Shown piece by piece: positions 9,019 to 17,600 of a stretch of DNA of 51,168 nt. Position 1 is the stretch's first letter. Each line of letters opens with the position of its first letter. Below the pieces are notes generated by a model. That model made no database searches, was not told the origin of the DNA, and saw only the letters and a list, made by a program, of their open reading frames with translations. The stretch is from an uncultured Candidatus Saccharibacteria bacterium. GTDB lineage: Bacteria; Patescibacteriota; Minisyncoccia; Phycocordibacterales; Zambryskibacteraceae. A program made the position numbers and the translations under genes. Location of the stretch: NCBI GenBank assembly GCA_964342515.1, contig CAYFFP010000001.1, forward strand, positions 25,036 through 76,203, in the 5' to 3' direction.

Positions 9019-9549
9019 ATGAGCACGCCACATCTACAATCGGACACCCAAATTCTTAAGGAATCTCTTAAGTACCCATGGATGTTCGGTATGCTGGTGG
9101 AGCGCTATGAGCAAGCTTTCTTGAGAAAAGCCACTTATATTCTCCGCTCTAAGGAAGACGCGGAAGACGCCGTGCAAGATACCTTCCTCAAAATTTATAA
9201 GCATGGGGTCAAGTTTGCCGAGCGCCCGAATGCCGGCTTCAACTCTTGGGCCTATAAGATTCTCATCAATACCTGCTACAGCTATCTAGCCAAGAAACGG
9301 GCGCGACTTGGAGACTTAGATGAGTTCGGCAGCGCGGATTCCGCGATAGGAAACGAAGAATTCTCTCTAGTGCACTCAACCCTTGCTCGCTTGCCGGCCA
9401 AATTCTCTCGACTCTTGTCTCTGTACTTTCTCGAAGATAAAACTTATAAGGAAATAGCGGACATAGAGCAAGTCTCGCTCTCCGCGGTAAAATCGGGGCT
9501 TCACCGCGCCAAAAAACGATTTAAGAATATTGCCATAGAATTGTCATGA
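9019..9549 (+). CDS. ECF-type sigma-70 family RNA polymerase sigma factor
   Basis: Region 2 (DAEDAVQDTFLKIY, FNSWAYKILINTCYSYL) and region 4 (YKEIADIEQVSLSAVKSGLHRAKKR). Confidence 0.8.
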   Translation: MSTPHLQSDTQILKESLKYPWMFGMLVERYEQAFLRKATYILRSKEDAEDAVQDTFLKIYKHGVKFAERPNAGFNSWAYKILINTCYSYLAKKRARLGDLDEFGSADSAIGNEEFSLVHSTLARLPAKFSRLLSLYFLEDKTYKEIADIEQVSLSAVKSGLHRAKKRFKNIAIELS

Positions 9550-9869
9550 AGATATTAACCATGAAAAACAAAATAATGTTCGGCGTCTATCTCATATATC
9601 TGTCGCGTAAATTAAGGAGTCCATTTGTCGCGGAGTCTTTTGCATTTGTCATTTTCGTATTACTTTTGTCCATCTTTGTTTCTATTCCGAGTGTATTATC
9701 TAATATGTCCAATTCGCAGGATTTTGTCAGATATTTCACCATCGCTTTTTCAAATACGAATTCTGTCGTTCAGATAATTTTGGTTTTGGCTCTGATTCCT
9801 GCTATATTCTTAATGAAAGATATTGCCACCTTAGCTCAGTTGGTAGAGCGACGCATTCGTAACGCGTAG
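9546..9869 (+). CDS. Membrane protein coupled to the ECF sigma (possible anti-sigma); 3' end runs into a tRNA gene
   Basis: ATGA overlap with the sigma gene; three hydrophobic helices. The last 14 codons plus the stop codon (9825-9869) lie inside tRNA-Thr(CGT). Confidence 0.45.
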   Translation: MKILTMKNKIMFGVYLIYLSRKLRSPFVAESFAFVIFVLLLSIFVSIPSVLSNMSNSQDFVRYFTIAFSNTNSVVQIILVLALIPAIFLMKDIATLAQLVERRIRNA

Positions 9870-9897
9870 GTCCGGAGTTCGACTCTCCGAGGTGGCT
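9825..9897 (+). tRNA. tRNA-Thr (anticodon CGT)
   Basis: Acceptor GCCACCT/AGGTGGC, D arm GCTC-AGTTGGTA-GAGC, anticodon arm ACGCA-TTCGTAA-CGCGT (one A-C mismatch), T arm CGGAG-TTCGACT-CTCCG. Confidence 0.85.
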
Positions 9898-9898
9898 C

Positions 9899-10777
9899 AT
9901 GGCTTCACCGGAGGAATTAAAAAAGAAAATAGAGGCGCTGGAGACGCAGATGGCTACTGCGGAATTTTGGGCTGACAAAGAGGCGGCGCAAGCGGGCGTG
10001 CGCGAGCTTCAAGCGCTTAAAGACAAACTAGAGGGAGTGGGGAAGTATGATAAGGGTGGAGCGGTCATGACCATCTTCTCCGGGGCGGGCGGGGATGATG
10101 CGGAGGACTTCTCACGCATACTTCTCGAAATGTATCTGAAACTTTTCGACAAAAAGGGCTGGAGTTATAGTGTGGTGCATAAAAACGAGAACGACCACGG
10201 CGGGTACAGAAACATTACTCTCGATATTGAGGGGAAGAACATTTACGGAACTTTAAAAAACGAATCCGGCGTGCATCGCTTAGTGAGAGTCTCCCCCTTT
10301 AATGCCAATGAGAAAAGGCACACCAGTTTTTCTATGGTAGAAGTGATTCCGAAGTTTGAGAAAGTAGAAGAAATAAAAATTCCACCAGAAGAGATTAAAA
10401 TCGAACTCTCAAAATCTTCCGGCCCGGGCGGACAGAATGTCAATAAGCGCGAGACCGCCGTGCGTTTGGTGCATATCCCGACCAATCTCTCTGTGCATGT
10501 AGAATCAGAACGCAGTCAGTTGCAGAATAAAGAGAAAGCGTTAAGAATGCTTGAGGCAAAACTCTACAAACTCCGCGAAGACGAGCGTTTGGCGAAGGAG
10601 AAGGGAATGTATATTTCCAAAACCACCCAGATAGAATGGGGCAACCAAATCCGCTCGTATGTTTTGCATCCTTACAAAATGGTCAAAGACCACAGAACCA
10701 ATGTCGAAACTCATGATGTCGAAAAAGTTTTGGACGGAAATTTAGACGAATTCCTTGAAGCCGAGAAGAATCTATAA
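9899..10777 (+). CDS. prfB: Peptide chain release factor 2, short form (292 aa), single ORF without frameshift
   Basis: SPF tripeptide (RVSPFNANEKRHTSF) and GGQ (SGPGGQNVNK). C-terminal IRSYVLHPYKMVKDHRT. Confidence 0.85.
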   Translation: MASPEELKKKIEALETQMATAEFWADKEAAQAGVRELQALKDKLEGVGKYDKGGAVMTIFSGAGGDDAEDFSRILLEMYLKLFDKKGWSYSVVHKNENDHGGYRNITLDIEGKNIYGTLKNESGVHRLVRVSPFNANEKRHTSFSMVEVIPKFEKVEEIKIPPEEIKIELSKSSGPGGQNVNKRETAVRLVHIPTNLSVHVESERSQLQNKEKALRMLEAKLYKLREDERLAKEKGMYISKTTQIEWGNQIRSYVLHPYKMVKDHRTNVETHDVEKVLDGNLDEFLEAEKNL

Positions 10778-10813
10778 GTTGGAAATTGAACCCAAATTCG
10801 TTATAATGCCCGT

Positions 10814-10987
10814 ATGAATAAAACCAAGCTGAAAGACAGAATTGCTGCCATTGAGGCAGAGGTCAAATTTCTGAAAAGAACGGCAGTAGAGAAGCCGGAT
10901 TTTGGCATTGATTATGCTGGTTGGAAGAAAGTCAGGCCGTTTCTCAAGAAGGCGAGGATGAAAACCTACAAAAAGGTTTATGGATAA
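10814..10987 (+). CDS. 57-aa putative antitoxin of the PIN module
   Basis: MNKTKLKDRIAAIEAEVKFLKR... Its stop overlaps the PIN ATG by 8 nt (ATGGATAA). Confidence 0.45.
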   Translation: MNKTKLKDRIAAIEAEVKFLKRTAVEKPDFGIDYAGWKKVRPFLKKARMKTYKKVYG

Positions 10988-11412
10988 ACCGAAGGTTTTT
11001 GTTGACTCCAGCGTTATCGTCGCGGCGCTTCTATCAAGTTCTGGCGGCTCCTACTATCTTCTTGACCGTATTGCGCGATAAATTTCGGTTTATAACCAAT
11101 CAATACGTTTTGGCGGAGCTCGAAGAATTGTTACAAGGAAAATTTCGCGGCCACTCGAACCTGCAAAACAAACTCTTCCTGCTTCTGGGCATTGCTGAGA
11201 TGGAAGTACTTAGTTATCCCTCCAAAAAAGAAGTGGTTAAGACGGCCAAAATAATATCTAAGAAAGATGCTCCAATATTGGTTAGTGCGCTGGTATCCGC
11301 GAAATTTCTCGTTACTCTTGATAATGAATTTATGGCAAAGAAAGTGTCTGAATACGCTTTGAAACACGGACTAAAAGTACTGAAGCCAGGAAATTTGATA
11401 AAAAGAAATTAA
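10980..11412 (+). pseudogene. PIN-domain toxin, interrupted by a frameshift near 11070-11081
   Basis: N-terminus MDKPKVFVDSSVIVAALLSSSGGSYYLLDRIAR stops at TAA 11079-11081. The rest (FITNQYVLAELEE...DAPILVSALVSAKFLVTLDNEF) continues in the +1 frame to 11412. Confidence 0.55.
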
Positions 11413-11483
11413 ATTGCAATTGAGGCGGAAAAAGGCCTATAAATAAGGGTAATTCCATGCGGACACCGAGTATCCACGAACTA

Positions 11484-11512
11484 TTGACTCTTAATATTAA
11501 ATGTGATAAGAT
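11484..11512 (+). promoter_or_regulatory. Sigma-70-like promoter TTGACT-17-TGaTAAGAT
   Basis: Read directly. Lies ~100 nt upstream of the ATG at 11612, which has a GAGGAG SD. Confidence 0.4.
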
Positions 11513-11605
11513 GAAAAAGTAGGCAAAAGTTCTTTTCACAAACTGATTGCAGGGCCTACACTGCAATTATCCGTCCCGACAGGGCCTCCAGCCGTGGAGT
11601 GAGGA

Positions 11606-12046
11606 GTGAGTATGAATACACAGAAGAGCGATCGTCGGTTCGACAAGCTTCTTGACAGCCTCAAGGAGTTCGATGAAAAGAGTGATAAGCTCCGTCGCAT
11701 CGGGAACTTCCTGCGGAGCGCAATCGACGATGCCTGGAAAAGTTCGGCTCAAATGAACCTCATCCGGCACGCGGACCTCGTCGTCCGTATGCCAATCGGA
11801 GAGATGAATCCGATGGTCGCCGAGGTATCTCTCGACAAGAAAAGTCTTCGCGCTCGCATCCGTATTGTCGACGGCGCCGGCAACGAGATCACGGAAAGCA
11901 ATATCACCCATCTCGGCCTCGATTTCCTCATGGGTAATCCGAGCCCGATGATTGACGCGGCGGCCAAGTTCTGTGAAGGACTGGGTTGCCTCGAGACCTT
12001 CAAGGGCAGGATCGGACGGTTCTGCCTGATGGAGTACAATCTATAA
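11606..12046 (+). CDS. GC-rich orphan hypothetical protein (likely start ATG 11612)
   Basis: Has its own promoter, an SD (GAGGAGTGAGTATG) and an intrinsic terminator. No recognisable domain. Confidence 0.45.
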   Translation: MSMNTQKSDRRFDKLLDSLKEFDEKSDKLRRIGNFLRSAIDDAWKSSAQMNLIRHADLVVRMPIGEMNPMVAEVSLDKKSLRARIRIVDGAGNEITESNITHLGLDFLMGNPSPMIDAAAKFCEGLGCLETFKGRIGRFCLMEYNL

Positions 12047-12065
12047 CACCGCACCCCGCACAAAC

Positions 12066-12105
12066 CCCCGCCAACCGGCGTCGGTTTGGCGGGGTGTTTT
12101 TGTTT
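12066..12105 (+). terminator. Intrinsic terminator
   Basis: CCCCGCCAACCG-GCGT-CGGTTTGGCGGGG followed by TGTTTTTGTTT. Confidence 0.65.
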
Positions 12106-12203
12106 AGACATCTTTTCTAATTCATTAACCCAAAATAAAAAAGCTATAGCTTTCTTATTTTGTATCTTTACTTAAACATAAATTCTTGTTAATCTAGCCA
12201 AGC

Positions 12204-12533
12204 ATGTTAAGGATTAGACTTCAAAGGGTGGGGAGGAAACACGAGCCGTCGTTTCGGCTTGTTTTGACTGATTCTAAAAACTCAACCAAGTCAGGTAGGT
12301 TTGCCGAAGTGCTCGGCTCTTACGACCCAAGGAAGACCACGGAAGCTCTCAAGGCCGAGCGCGTCAGATACTGGCTCTCTTTAGGCGCTCTCCCCACGGC
12401 CTCTGTCAATAACCTCCTTATTAAGAAAGGCGTTATCAGGGGAAAGAAAATCGATGTTGGTGGTAAGATGGAAGCGACCCAGCCTACGCAAAATGCTACG
12501 GTGGGCGAAGCAGAAAATCCAGTTAATCCTTAA
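12204..12533 (+). CDS. rpsP: 30S ribosomal protein S16
   Basis: MLRIRLQRVGRKHEPSFRLVLTDS...GSYDPRK. Confidence 0.9.
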   Translation: MLRIRLQRVGRKHEPSFRLVLTDSKNSTKSGRFAEVLGSYDPRKTTEALKAERVRYWLSLGALPTASVNNLLIKKGVIRGKKIDVGGKMEATQPTQNATVGEAENPVNP

Positions 12534-12544
12534 CGAATACGACT

Positions 12545-12871
12545 ATGATAGACGATGTCCAGTTTCTGGAATACGTGGTAAAAGCGCTGGTGAATCATCC
12601 CGAAGATGTCAAGATCAAGAGAACGGTAGATGAAATGGGCGTGCTCATGACTCTTGACGTCAATCGCGAAGACATGGGCAAGGTCATCGGCCGCTCCGGC
12701 AATACCGCCAAGGCCATCCGCATTCTACTTAGGGTGGTCGGCATGAAGAATAACGCCCGCATCAATCTCAAAATCAACGAGCCCCCCGAGGGCTACGGCC
12801 GCCGCACCACCGACTCCGTAGTTGCTTCCAAAAATCTCGACGAAGCGTTGGATGATCTTAATCTCGAATAG
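12545..12871 (+). CDS. KH-domain RNA-binding protein (YlqC/UPF0109-like)
   Basis: GKVIGRSGNTAKAIRILLRVVG (GxxG KH motif). Conserved position between rpsP and trmD. Confidence 0.8.
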   Translation: MIDDVQFLEYVVKALVNHPEDVKIKRTVDEMGVLMTLDVNREDMGKVIGRSGNTAKAIRILLRVVGMKNNARINLKINEPPEGYGRRTTDSVVASKNLDEALDDLNLE

Positions 12872-13509
12872 TGCATTTTCACATAGTTACGCTATTTCCT
12901 AAATCATTTGATTCCTATCTCGGAGAATCAATTCTTAAGCGCGCTATAGAGGATAAGAAGCTCAAGGTCTCAATCTACAATCCTCGTGATTTCGTGAAGA
13001 ATAAGTGGAAGAGAGTGGACAGACCGCCATATGGCGGAGGACCGGGGTTAGTTATAGAAGCGCTTCCTGTCATTCGAGCGATAGAGAAAGCGAAGGGTAA
13101 AAGAAAGAATGTAAAAATTATTTTCTTGAATCCGAGAGGGAAACAACTGACTAATCAGTACGCGAATAAGATCAGCAAAAAATACAAAGATATAATTATT
13201 GTTTGTGGGAGATACGAGGGTATAGATGCGAGAGTGAAGAAAATATTCAAAATGGATGAGATTTCCGTTGGACCATTCGTGCTCACGGGCGGAGAACTTC
13301 CAGCGATGATTATTATGGATGCCATTTCCCGTCAAGTTCCCGGGGTGCTTGGAAATATTGATTCTTTAGAAGAGCGCAGGGTGTCAACGTCCGAGGTCTA
13401 TACCCGCCCCGAAGTTTTCAAATATAAGAACAAATCCTACCGCGTCCCAAAAATTCTCCTCTCCGGCCACCGCGCCAAGATTGAAGAGTGGAAGAAGGGC
13501 AGGAAATAA
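12871..13509 (+). CDS. trmD: tRNA (guanine37-N1)-methyltransferase
   Basis: FHIVTLFPKSF..., DRPPYGGGPGLV, VCGRYEGIDARV, GPFVLTGGELPAM. GTG start. Confidence 0.9.
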   Translation: MHFHIVTLFPKSFDSYLGESILKRAIEDKKLKVSIYNPRDFVKNKWKRVDRPPYGGGPGLVIEALPVIRAIEKAKGKRKNVKIIFLNPRGKQLTNQYANKISKKYKDIIIVCGRYEGIDARVKKIFKMDEISVGPFVLTGGELPAMIIMDAISRQVPGVLGNIDSLEERRVSTSEVYTRPEVFKYKNKSYRVPKILLSGHRAKIEEWKKGRK

Positions 13510-13513
13510 AAAA

Positions 13514-13541
13514 GGGCCTGCACGCTAGAGCGTGCAGGCCC
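13514..13541. terminator. Bidirectional hairpin between convergent trmD and the DHOD-like gene
   Basis: GGGCCTGCACGC-TAGA-GCGTGCAGGCCC, a 12-bp perfect stem preceded by an A-run. Confidence 0.55.
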
Positions 13542-13546
13542 TTGTG

Positions 13547-14494
13547 CTACGCAGGCCTTCTCAAAAGCTCACGCTCGTACTCTTCCCGAGCTACGATCTG
13601 CGTCGACATCCACGGCGTGCGGAGGTGGATCGCTCCGAAACTCACCGCTTGTGCCCCGAGTGCACGAACTCTTGCGAGATCATCATATTCCATGACACTC
13701 GGTCCGATAACCGGGATAGGCCCTTGACAGGCAAGTACTTCAACTGCTTTCCAGTTCTCCTTCTGGGCTGGCTTACCAGACACCCCGCCGTCGCCAGAAC
13801 CAAGTTTACCGACCTCCGCCATCGGAGATCTGTGCCATGGGCTTGGGAAAGCTATTTTCCATGGTACGCTGTTGAGTGAAATTGCTTCGGCGCATAAACC
13901 CAGCCCTTTGGAAATTGCTAGGTAGTCTTGGTCGACAGAGACTTTGACAATGACCGGATGTTCGGTGGCTTGACTGACAAGTCGAACGCTATCAATGACC
14001 TCGTTAGCCACGTCCATGGCGTGGCCTGTGTTCGGACATGATACATTGACCTCGATCCCGACTATATCGTCGAGGTAATCGAGCCTTTCAGCCATTTGTA
14101 TCAATTCGTGGCGTGTGCCGAAGACCGAAACAACGATCTTGTTTTTCTTGAAGTCGATGGTTGGCGCGATATTGTCGTACCAGTATTCGATTCCATGATT
14201 GTAGAGTCCAACCTTGTTGACTGCTCCGCCGTTTGGGAGGAATCGCACGCATGAGTACGGACTCCACGGCAACCATGTCCATGGGCGAATCCATGAGAGA
14301 TTGCTTACGGGATACAATCGAGGTTCACAGGTGAGAGTACGCAGGACAATGGTGAAAAGCTCCAACTTCATGAGTCCGAGAGCGACCAGCGGACGCTCCC
14401 AGAACCACCCGCGCCCGTCGAAGCCCATCGCTCCGCTTGCTATCATGTACTCGAAAGTGTGGCCGTTCGAAAGGTGAATCATGTGACACTCCAA
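13547..14494 (-). CDS. Dihydroorotate-dehydrogenase-like FMN TIM-barrel family protein (divergent)
   Basis: MIASGAMGFDG, NKVGLYNHG, IEVNVSCPN, GGVSGKP and PVIGPS...GAQAVSFG resemble class-1 PyrD motifs. Higher GC than its neighbours. Confidence 0.55.
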   Translation of the reverse strand: MECHMIHLSNGHTFEYMIASGAMGFDGRGWFWERPLVALGLMKLELFTIVLRTLTCEPRLYPVSNLSWIRPWTWLPWSPYSCVRFLPNGGAVNKVGLYNHGIEYWYDNIAPTIDFKKNKIVVSVFGTRHELIQMAERLDYLDDIVGIEVNVSCPNTGHAMDVANEVIDSVRLVSQATEHPVIVKVSVDQDYLAISKGLGLCAEAISLNSVPWKIAFPSPWHRSPMAEVGKLGSGDGGVSGKPAQKENWKAVEVLACQGPIPVIGPSVMEYDDLARVRALGAQAVSFGAIHLRTPWMSTQIVAREEYERELLRRPA

Positions 14495-14537
14495 TCTTGA
14501 ACTTGTCTGAGTCCACCTTAACTAACTTTTCAGCTCT

Positions 14538-14567
14538 TGACAAGATTTTGGGGGTTGGGGTATCATG
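14538..14567 (+). promoter_or_regulatory. Sigma-70-like promoter TTGACA-18-TATCAT upstream of rpoBC
   Basis: Read directly, ~85 nt upstream of the ATG at 14654. Confidence 0.45.
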
Positions 14568-14653
14568 GGGCCTTGTCAAATACTGCATTGCCGGCAGGTT
14601 CTGATTGAGTTAAGGCGGCCGAAGTTAGGTAACTTAATTTTTCTTATTTTTTA

Positions 14654-17600
14654 ATGCAAAAAAAGTACTTCGGCCGCTTTCGCGAACCGCTCGCGAAGAT
14701 GCCTAACCTTGTTGTTTCTCAGGTCGAGTCTTTCAAATGGCTTATCGAGCGTGGCTTGAAGGAAGTCTTCGAGGAATTCTCTTCCATCAAGGACTTCTCG
14801 GAGAAGAAGTTCCAGCTCGACTTCGTCGGTTTCGAATTGGCCGAGCCGAAAATCGGCGAGTTTCAGGCGAAGGAAAGAAAGCTCTCTTACGAGGCGTCTC
14901 TTAAGGTGCGCGTCCGCCTGAAGAATCATATCCAGAAGTCGGAGAAGGAGCAGGAAATCTTCATGGCCGACTTGCCGCTGATGACTTCCCACGGCACCTT
15001 TATCATCTCCGGCATCGAGCGCGTCATCGTGCCGCAGCTGGCCCGTTCCACCGGAGTCTCCTTTACCGGACAGGAGATTAAGGGCAAGAAGACTTTCGGG
15101 GCGAAAATCATCCCCGGCCGCGGGGCGTGGATCGAGATGGAGACCGACTTCGACGGCACTATTTACGTGCGCATCGACAGGAAGAGGAAGTTCCCCGTCA
15201 CCACCCTTTTAAGGTCTTTCGGCGCCATCGGGAACGACAAAATTCACGCCCTTTTCGCGCCAATGCCCCAAGCGAAGCTCTATATCGATAAAACCCTTGC
15301 CAAAGACCACACTATCTCGGCCGATGAGGCGGCTATCGAGATCCATCGAAGGTTGCGCGACGGCGATTTGGCCTCCGCCGAGAATGCCCGCGAGTTCGTC
15401 AAGCTGATCTTCGACAAGGAACGCTACGACCTCTCGCGCGTGGGCCGCTTCCGCTTCAATAACCGCTTCGGTCTGAAGGTCAAGGGTTCGGAGATCGAGC
15501 GGCGCACTCTTTCGCTTGACGACCTCGTATTAATCATCTCCCACATCGTGAAGCTTAACACCACCCCGGACGCTCTAGCCGACGACATCGACCACTTGGG
15601 CTCAAGACGGGTGCGCTTCGTGGGCGAACTTTTCCAGATGAATATCAGGAAGGGCATGGCCCAGATCAAGAGAAACATCCAGAACCGGATGTCGACCATC
15701 GATACCGACGTCACCTTGCCGGTGCAATTTATTTCCCCCAAGCCCTTGCAGGCGAGGATCAAAGAGTTCTTCACCACCAACCAGCTCTCGCAGTTCATGC
15801 AGCAGATAAACGCCTTGGAAGAGCTCGAGCATCTGCGCACCGTCTCGGCCTTAGGCCCCGGCGGATTGAATCGCGCTCGCGCCGGCTACGAAGTGCGCGA
15901 CGTGCATCCTTCCCACTACGGTCGTCTTTGTCCCATCCAGACTCCGGAAGGCCCGAACATCGGTCTCATCTTGCGCCAATCCTGCTACGCGCGCGTCAAT
16001 GACTTCGGCATGATAGAGACTCCCTATGCCGTGGTGGAAAACGGCAAGATTACCGGCGAGATTAAATATTTAAATGCCTTGGAGGAGGAGAGCTTCAACA
16101 TCGCCCACGCCGCCACTGAAGTCAAAGACGACGTGCTTGTACCGAGCGTAGTCGAAGTAAGACACAAGGGCACTCCGACTACCGTGCCGAGCTCTCTCGT
16201 AAACTTTATTGATGTCGCCACCAATCAGGCCTTCTCGGTCGCCACCTCGATGATTCCGTTCTTAAACCACGACGACGCCAATCGAGCGCTCATGGGTTCT
16301 AACATGCAAAAGCAAGCCACTCCCTGCATTTTGCCGGAAGTGCCGCTGGTGGCCACCGGCGTGGAAGAGACGGCTATCCGCGATACCGGCAGAGTGCTCT
16401 TCTCTCCGGTCGACGGGAAGGTCGACGAGGTCGACGCCAAACTCATCAAAGTCAGGGATAATAAAGATAAGGTTCACGAATTCCCGCTGGTTAATTTCTC
16501 GATGACTAACGGCTTTACCGTCCACCACCAGCGTCCTTCGGTAGAACTTGGGGCGAAGGTAAAGAAGGGGAGCGTCTTGGCCGACACCTCTTCTTCCGAG
16601 AGCGGCCAGATGGCAGTGGGACAAAATGTTTTAGTCGCCTTTATGTCATGGTCCGGCGCCAACTACGAAGACGCCATCATCATCTCCGAGCGCCTGCTGG
16701 AGAAGAGTAAATTCGCCAATGTCCATATCGAAGAGTTCGAGGTGGCCGTGCGCGATACCAAGCTTGGTCCCGAGATGACTACCTGCGATATCCCGAATGT
16801 CGGTGAGTCCAAATTAAAAAATCTTGCCGAAGACGGCATCATCCGCGTCGGCGCCGAAGTGCGTCCGGGAGATATCTTGGTCGGCAAAATTACTCCCAAA
16901 GGCGAGAGCCAGCTTACTCCCGAAGAGCGGCTCTTAAGGTCGCTGTTCGGCGAGAAGGCCAGAGATGTCAAAGACACCTCCAAGCGCATGGAGGGGGGCA
17001 AGCGCGGCCGCGTTATCTCGGTGCAAGTTTTCTCCCGCGAGAAGGGCGACAAGCTTGATTCCGGAATTTTGAAGAGGATCCACATTCAGGTCGCGCAGTT
17101 AAGAAACGTGAGCGTCGGAGACAAGCTGGCGGGACGGCACGGCAATAAAGGAGTGATTTCTCGAATCCTGCCGGTCGAGGACATGCCCTACATGGCAGAC
17201 GGCACTCCGATTGACGTCCTTCTCACTCCTCTCGGGGTGCCTTCCCGCATGAACTTGGGACAGATTCTTGAAATGCATCTGGGTTTGGCTGCCAATGCTT
17301 TAAACTACCAAGCGATAGTGCCGCCGTTTGCCGGCGCCTCGGAGGAAGAGATTAAGGAGGAATTGGTCAAGGCAGGCATTCCGGAGAACGGCAAGGTTAA
17401 GCTTTACGACGGGCGCACCGGTGAGCCGTTTGATCAGGATATTGCCATCGGCTGCATGTATATACTGAAGCTTCACCACATGGTCGAGGACAAGATCCAC
17501 ATGCGCTCCATCGGCCCGTACTCGCTTATTACCCAACAGCCGCTCGGAGGCAAGGCGCAAAACGGCGGCCAGCGCTTCGGCGAGATGGAGGTGTGGGCGC

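Noticed and set aside
11567-12111. Minus-strand ORFs (114 and 120 aa) overlapping the GC-rich orphan gene.
   Set aside because: The promoter, SD and intrinsic terminator are all oriented for the plus-strand ORF. The minus-strand ORFs lack an SD and read through the terminator stem.
13488-14588. Plus- and minus-strand ORFs overlapping the DHOD-like gene (13488-13727, 13532-13879, 14214-14477, 14325-14588).
   Set aside because: Only the 13547-14494 minus frame shows recognisable enzyme motifs. The others are Arg/Pro/Ser-rich shadows.
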